A stretch of 35,444 nucleotides of DNA from the IMG/VR virus record IMGVR_UViG_3300002307_000013; one strand, given 5' to 3'. Made by a program: the position numbers and the translations under genes. This DNA comes from a virus. The notes beneath the pieces are model-generated. The model saw nothing but the letters and a program-made list of their open reading frames with translations, had not been told where the DNA came from and did no database searches. Below, one piece after another: positions 33,453 to 35,444 of the stretch (the stretch's first letter is position 1; the number at the start of each line of letters is the position of its first letter).

Positions 33453-34166
33453 ATGTCGAACAATAAGCATGGTTGGACTTGTGCGGGATTTTCAAAAGAC
33501 CCTGCGCTCTCTGTCTGGAAAACAATCATGAGGAAATCATTTCTTCCTGGCGCTAGAGGATATCGATCGGTAGGAGCGCTAGGTCGTGGGGCTCCGGTAC
33601 ATTGGAGAGATATGGCGGCATTTATCAAAGATGTCGGAGATCGTCCTAATAGGCTTTGGCTTCTAAGAAAAGATATAACTCTCCCATATAGCAAGGAGAA
33701 CTGTTATTGGGGAAATCCAAAGGATTTTCAAAAAGAAAAACCAAGGCCAGAAAATATACATGGAGTCATTGGAAAGAAGTACGGGAAATGGACCCCTATT
33801 TCCTATTTTAACAAAGGGAAGAGAAGATTTTATGTATGTAGATGTGATTGTGGGAATGTTTTTGACGTTAACTCATCTAGTTTAAAAAGTTTAGATTCAA
33901 CTCAATGTAGACTTTGTGGCCAGTTTAAAATCACAAAAAGTACTAAGGAAAGATACCAGTCTGAATGGTCTTTGATTAAGGATTCATTTATTGGACGAAC
34001 TTTTGGAGAATGGACCATAATTGGGACTCTTGAAGAATCAAAAGGCGGAAAGCATATATTTATCTGTCAGTGCTCATGTGGCAATCAGAAGGAGATGCAA
34101 AGAGGGTCGTTTTTTTATGGGAATTCTAAGATGTGTATAATTTGTTCGAAGCGAAAAAGATACTAG
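33453..34166 (+). CDS. Zn-ribbon repeat protein (237 aa) between terS and terL
   Basis: There are two repeats of G-K/E-WT-x-I...(F/Y)(V/I)C-x-C-x-CGN...C-x-x-C. The N-terminal block SVWKTIMRK...HWRDMAAFIKDVGDRPNRLWLLRKD...ENCYWGN resembles, from memory, a common phage family of HNH-neighbouring or AP2-like proteins. I saw no HNH motif. Confidence 0.5.
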   Translation: MSNNKHGWTCAGFSKDPALSVWKTIMRKSFLPGARGYRSVGALGRGAPVHWRDMAAFIKDVGDRPNRLWLLRKDITLPYSKENCYWGNPKDFQKEKPRPENIHGVIGKKYGKWTPISYFNKGKRRFYVCRCDCGNVFDVNSSSLKSLDSTQCRLCGQFKITKSTKERYQSEWSLIKDSFIGRTFGEWTIIGTLEESKGGKHIFICQCSCGNQKEMQRGSFFYGNSKMCIICSKRKRY

Positions 34167-34263
34167 ATCGCCTTTACTTTCAAGGTGCCGCACGGATACC
34201 CTGGGGGCAGCGAAGAACAGCTTAGACGTAACAGCCTCACCCTTTATAGGAAGGAGTAGTCCC

Positions 34264-35418
34264 ATGATTATTCTTTTATGGTGGCTTTTTGTATCATGTC
34301 TCTCCGTGGCTTCAGAACATAGTCTTCAATTGAAGCCAATACCTACTTACGCAGCGCTCTCTAGTGAGCAATTCGATAGAACATACCGTGACCCCAAAAC
34401 AGAGGCAGAGCTCATAATCCCCGAAGCTCCGCAGGGATTTCGTCGTCCTGTGTTGTCACATGAAATTAACCCTTCCTATTTTATGGCAGGTGGTGCGATA
34501 CTGGTGGCCGCAGGATATGCGTTACCCTACGCGATGACCGCTGTAGCTCAGGGAGTTGAGCAATCGATGAATGTGCTTTTACAGGATGTAATAAATAGCC
34601 CAGCAAAGCTGTTAAAGGCAGCAGGGATGATCACTACTCTTTGCGCTGTTGGATGGCAGCGATGGAGAAGATATGAGGCAGATATGTCGGGAATATCTGA
34701 TCAGCTTCTTTCTTACCATCAGTATGCTCTTGCATCTCGAGATGCTATGGGTGGTATGCTCGGTCTGATTAAACAATACCAAGATGTTGCATATAGGGCT
34801 GAAAAGAGATCGCTTTATACCTTTGCTGCTCTGTCTCACTTTATAGAATATAACCGCTCAGTTTCAAATGAAATGAATGCTAATATGCAGAAGATTGGTA
34901 AGCATACACATGAGCCCGACGATAAAAGGCTGTCTTCAGATCTTACAGGGGTTCGGTCACAACTTGCGCATCTTTCTTCTGAGGCAAGTCGAACATCTCA
35001 AGCATCAGCCTTTAATAAACAGAGTATTGAGGCATTGGGCGCTGAGATGAGAGTGATAGCAAGCCGCGTTTCTGAGAACTCTCATGCGCATACGCAAAGT
35101 ATTATTGCTCTTGGGGCAGAAGTGAGGTCTATGGGAGATAGATTCTCTTCTGAGATTCATACGCTTACTGAAAGGATGAATGCACCATCAGCTTTTCAGG
35201 GGGCAAAACGAGCTTTTTTGCAGACAATCACCTCAGTATCTCAACCGTCCGGGAGGAGACCGAGTTTGAGCGGCAGCAGCTCCTCGACTCCACAGATTCC
35301 ACCGAGTCCTACCCCCTCGTCATCACCGTCAGTGGCCCAAACACCCCTTGCCCAGCCGATGTCAGCCCAGGAGAATGGAAGCGGAGACGGTTCTTTACAA
35401 CCGAGGGATGATGACTGA
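34264..35418 (+). CDS. Membrane-anchored coiled-coil protein with a Ser/Pro-rich C-terminus (384 aa)
   Basis: AGGAG SD. It has a signal-like N-terminus (MIILLWWLFVSCLSVAS) and hydrophobic segments GGAILVAAGYALPYAMTAVA and AAGMITTLCAVGW. An internal repeat reads QSIEALGAEMRV / QSIIALGAEVRS. The tail is SLSGSSSSTPQIPPSPTPSSSPS. The stop overlaps the terL ATG (TGATG). Confidence 0.6.
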   Translation: MIILLWWLFVSCLSVASEHSLQLKPIPTYAALSSEQFDRTYRDPKTEAELIIPEAPQGFRRPVLSHEINPSYFMAGGAILVAAGYALPYAMTAVAQGVEQSMNVLLQDVINSPAKLLKAAGMITTLCAVGWQRWRRYEADMSGISDQLLSYHQYALASRDAMGGMLGLIKQYQDVAYRAEKRSLYTFAALSHFIEYNRSVSNEMNANMQKIGKHTHEPDDKRLSSDLTGVRSQLAHLSSEASRTSQASAFNKQSIEALGAEMRVIASRVSENSHAHTQSIIALGAEVRSMGDRFSSEIHTLTERMNAPSAFQGAKRAFLQTITSVSQPSGRRPSLSGSSSSTPQIPPSPTPSSSPSVAQTPLAQPMSAQENGSGDGSLQPRDDD

Positions 35419-35444
35419 TGGGAGTAGAGACAATAATACGTTTA
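35344..35444. repeat. Second copy of the 101-bp terminal repeat. It includes the first 27 nt of a second terL copy, with ATG at 35418.
   Basis: Exact identity with 1-101 by eye. Confidence 0.95.

Noticed and set aside
32737-33694. Two long - strand ORFs (32737-33315 and 33167-33694)
   Set aside because: They overlap + strand genes that have recognisable RusA-like, TerS-like and Zn-ribbon motifs and tight start/stop coupling. The antisense products have no motifs.

Overview
The window is a complete genome of a tailed dsDNA phage that closes into a circle. It has about 35,343 bp of unique sequence, and bases 1-101 recur exactly at 35344-35444. The architecture is podovirus-like: I saw no tape-measure, sheath or tube genes. 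Nearly all genes are on the + strand.

Gene order:
- terL (75-1430), a small HTH protein, then portal (1686-3695) and several small virion or unknown genes.
- An accessory island of membrane and secreted small proteins, partly on the - strand (5411-9234).
- Scaffold (9850-10569).
- A major capsid gene split by a ~205-nt ORF-less group I intron (10946-11150).
- Tail, nozzle-like and internal-virion-like genes (11944-20299).
- A - strand cassette of an RHH regulator plus a 58-aa 2-TM protein. An 18-bp palindrome covers both -10 boxes of two interdigitated divergent promoters (20304-20737).
- An 8.8-kb receptor-binding arsenal (20808-29602). It holds two N-terminal anchor families, a fibre with seven 45-aa tandem repeats, two poly-Gly proteins, and two fibres ending in C1q/TNF-like heads.
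- A recombination, replication and packaging module: Erf on the - strand, an HTH protein, a winged-helix initiator-like protein, a RusA-like protein, and terS.
- terS and terL are separated by a Zn-ribbon protein and a membrane-anchored coiled-coil protein with a Ser/Pro-rich tail.

I saw no tRNA, rRNA, CRISPR array, integrase, polymerase, reverse transcriptase or recognisable endolysin. All functional calls come from reading motifs by eye, because no database search or folding program could be run.
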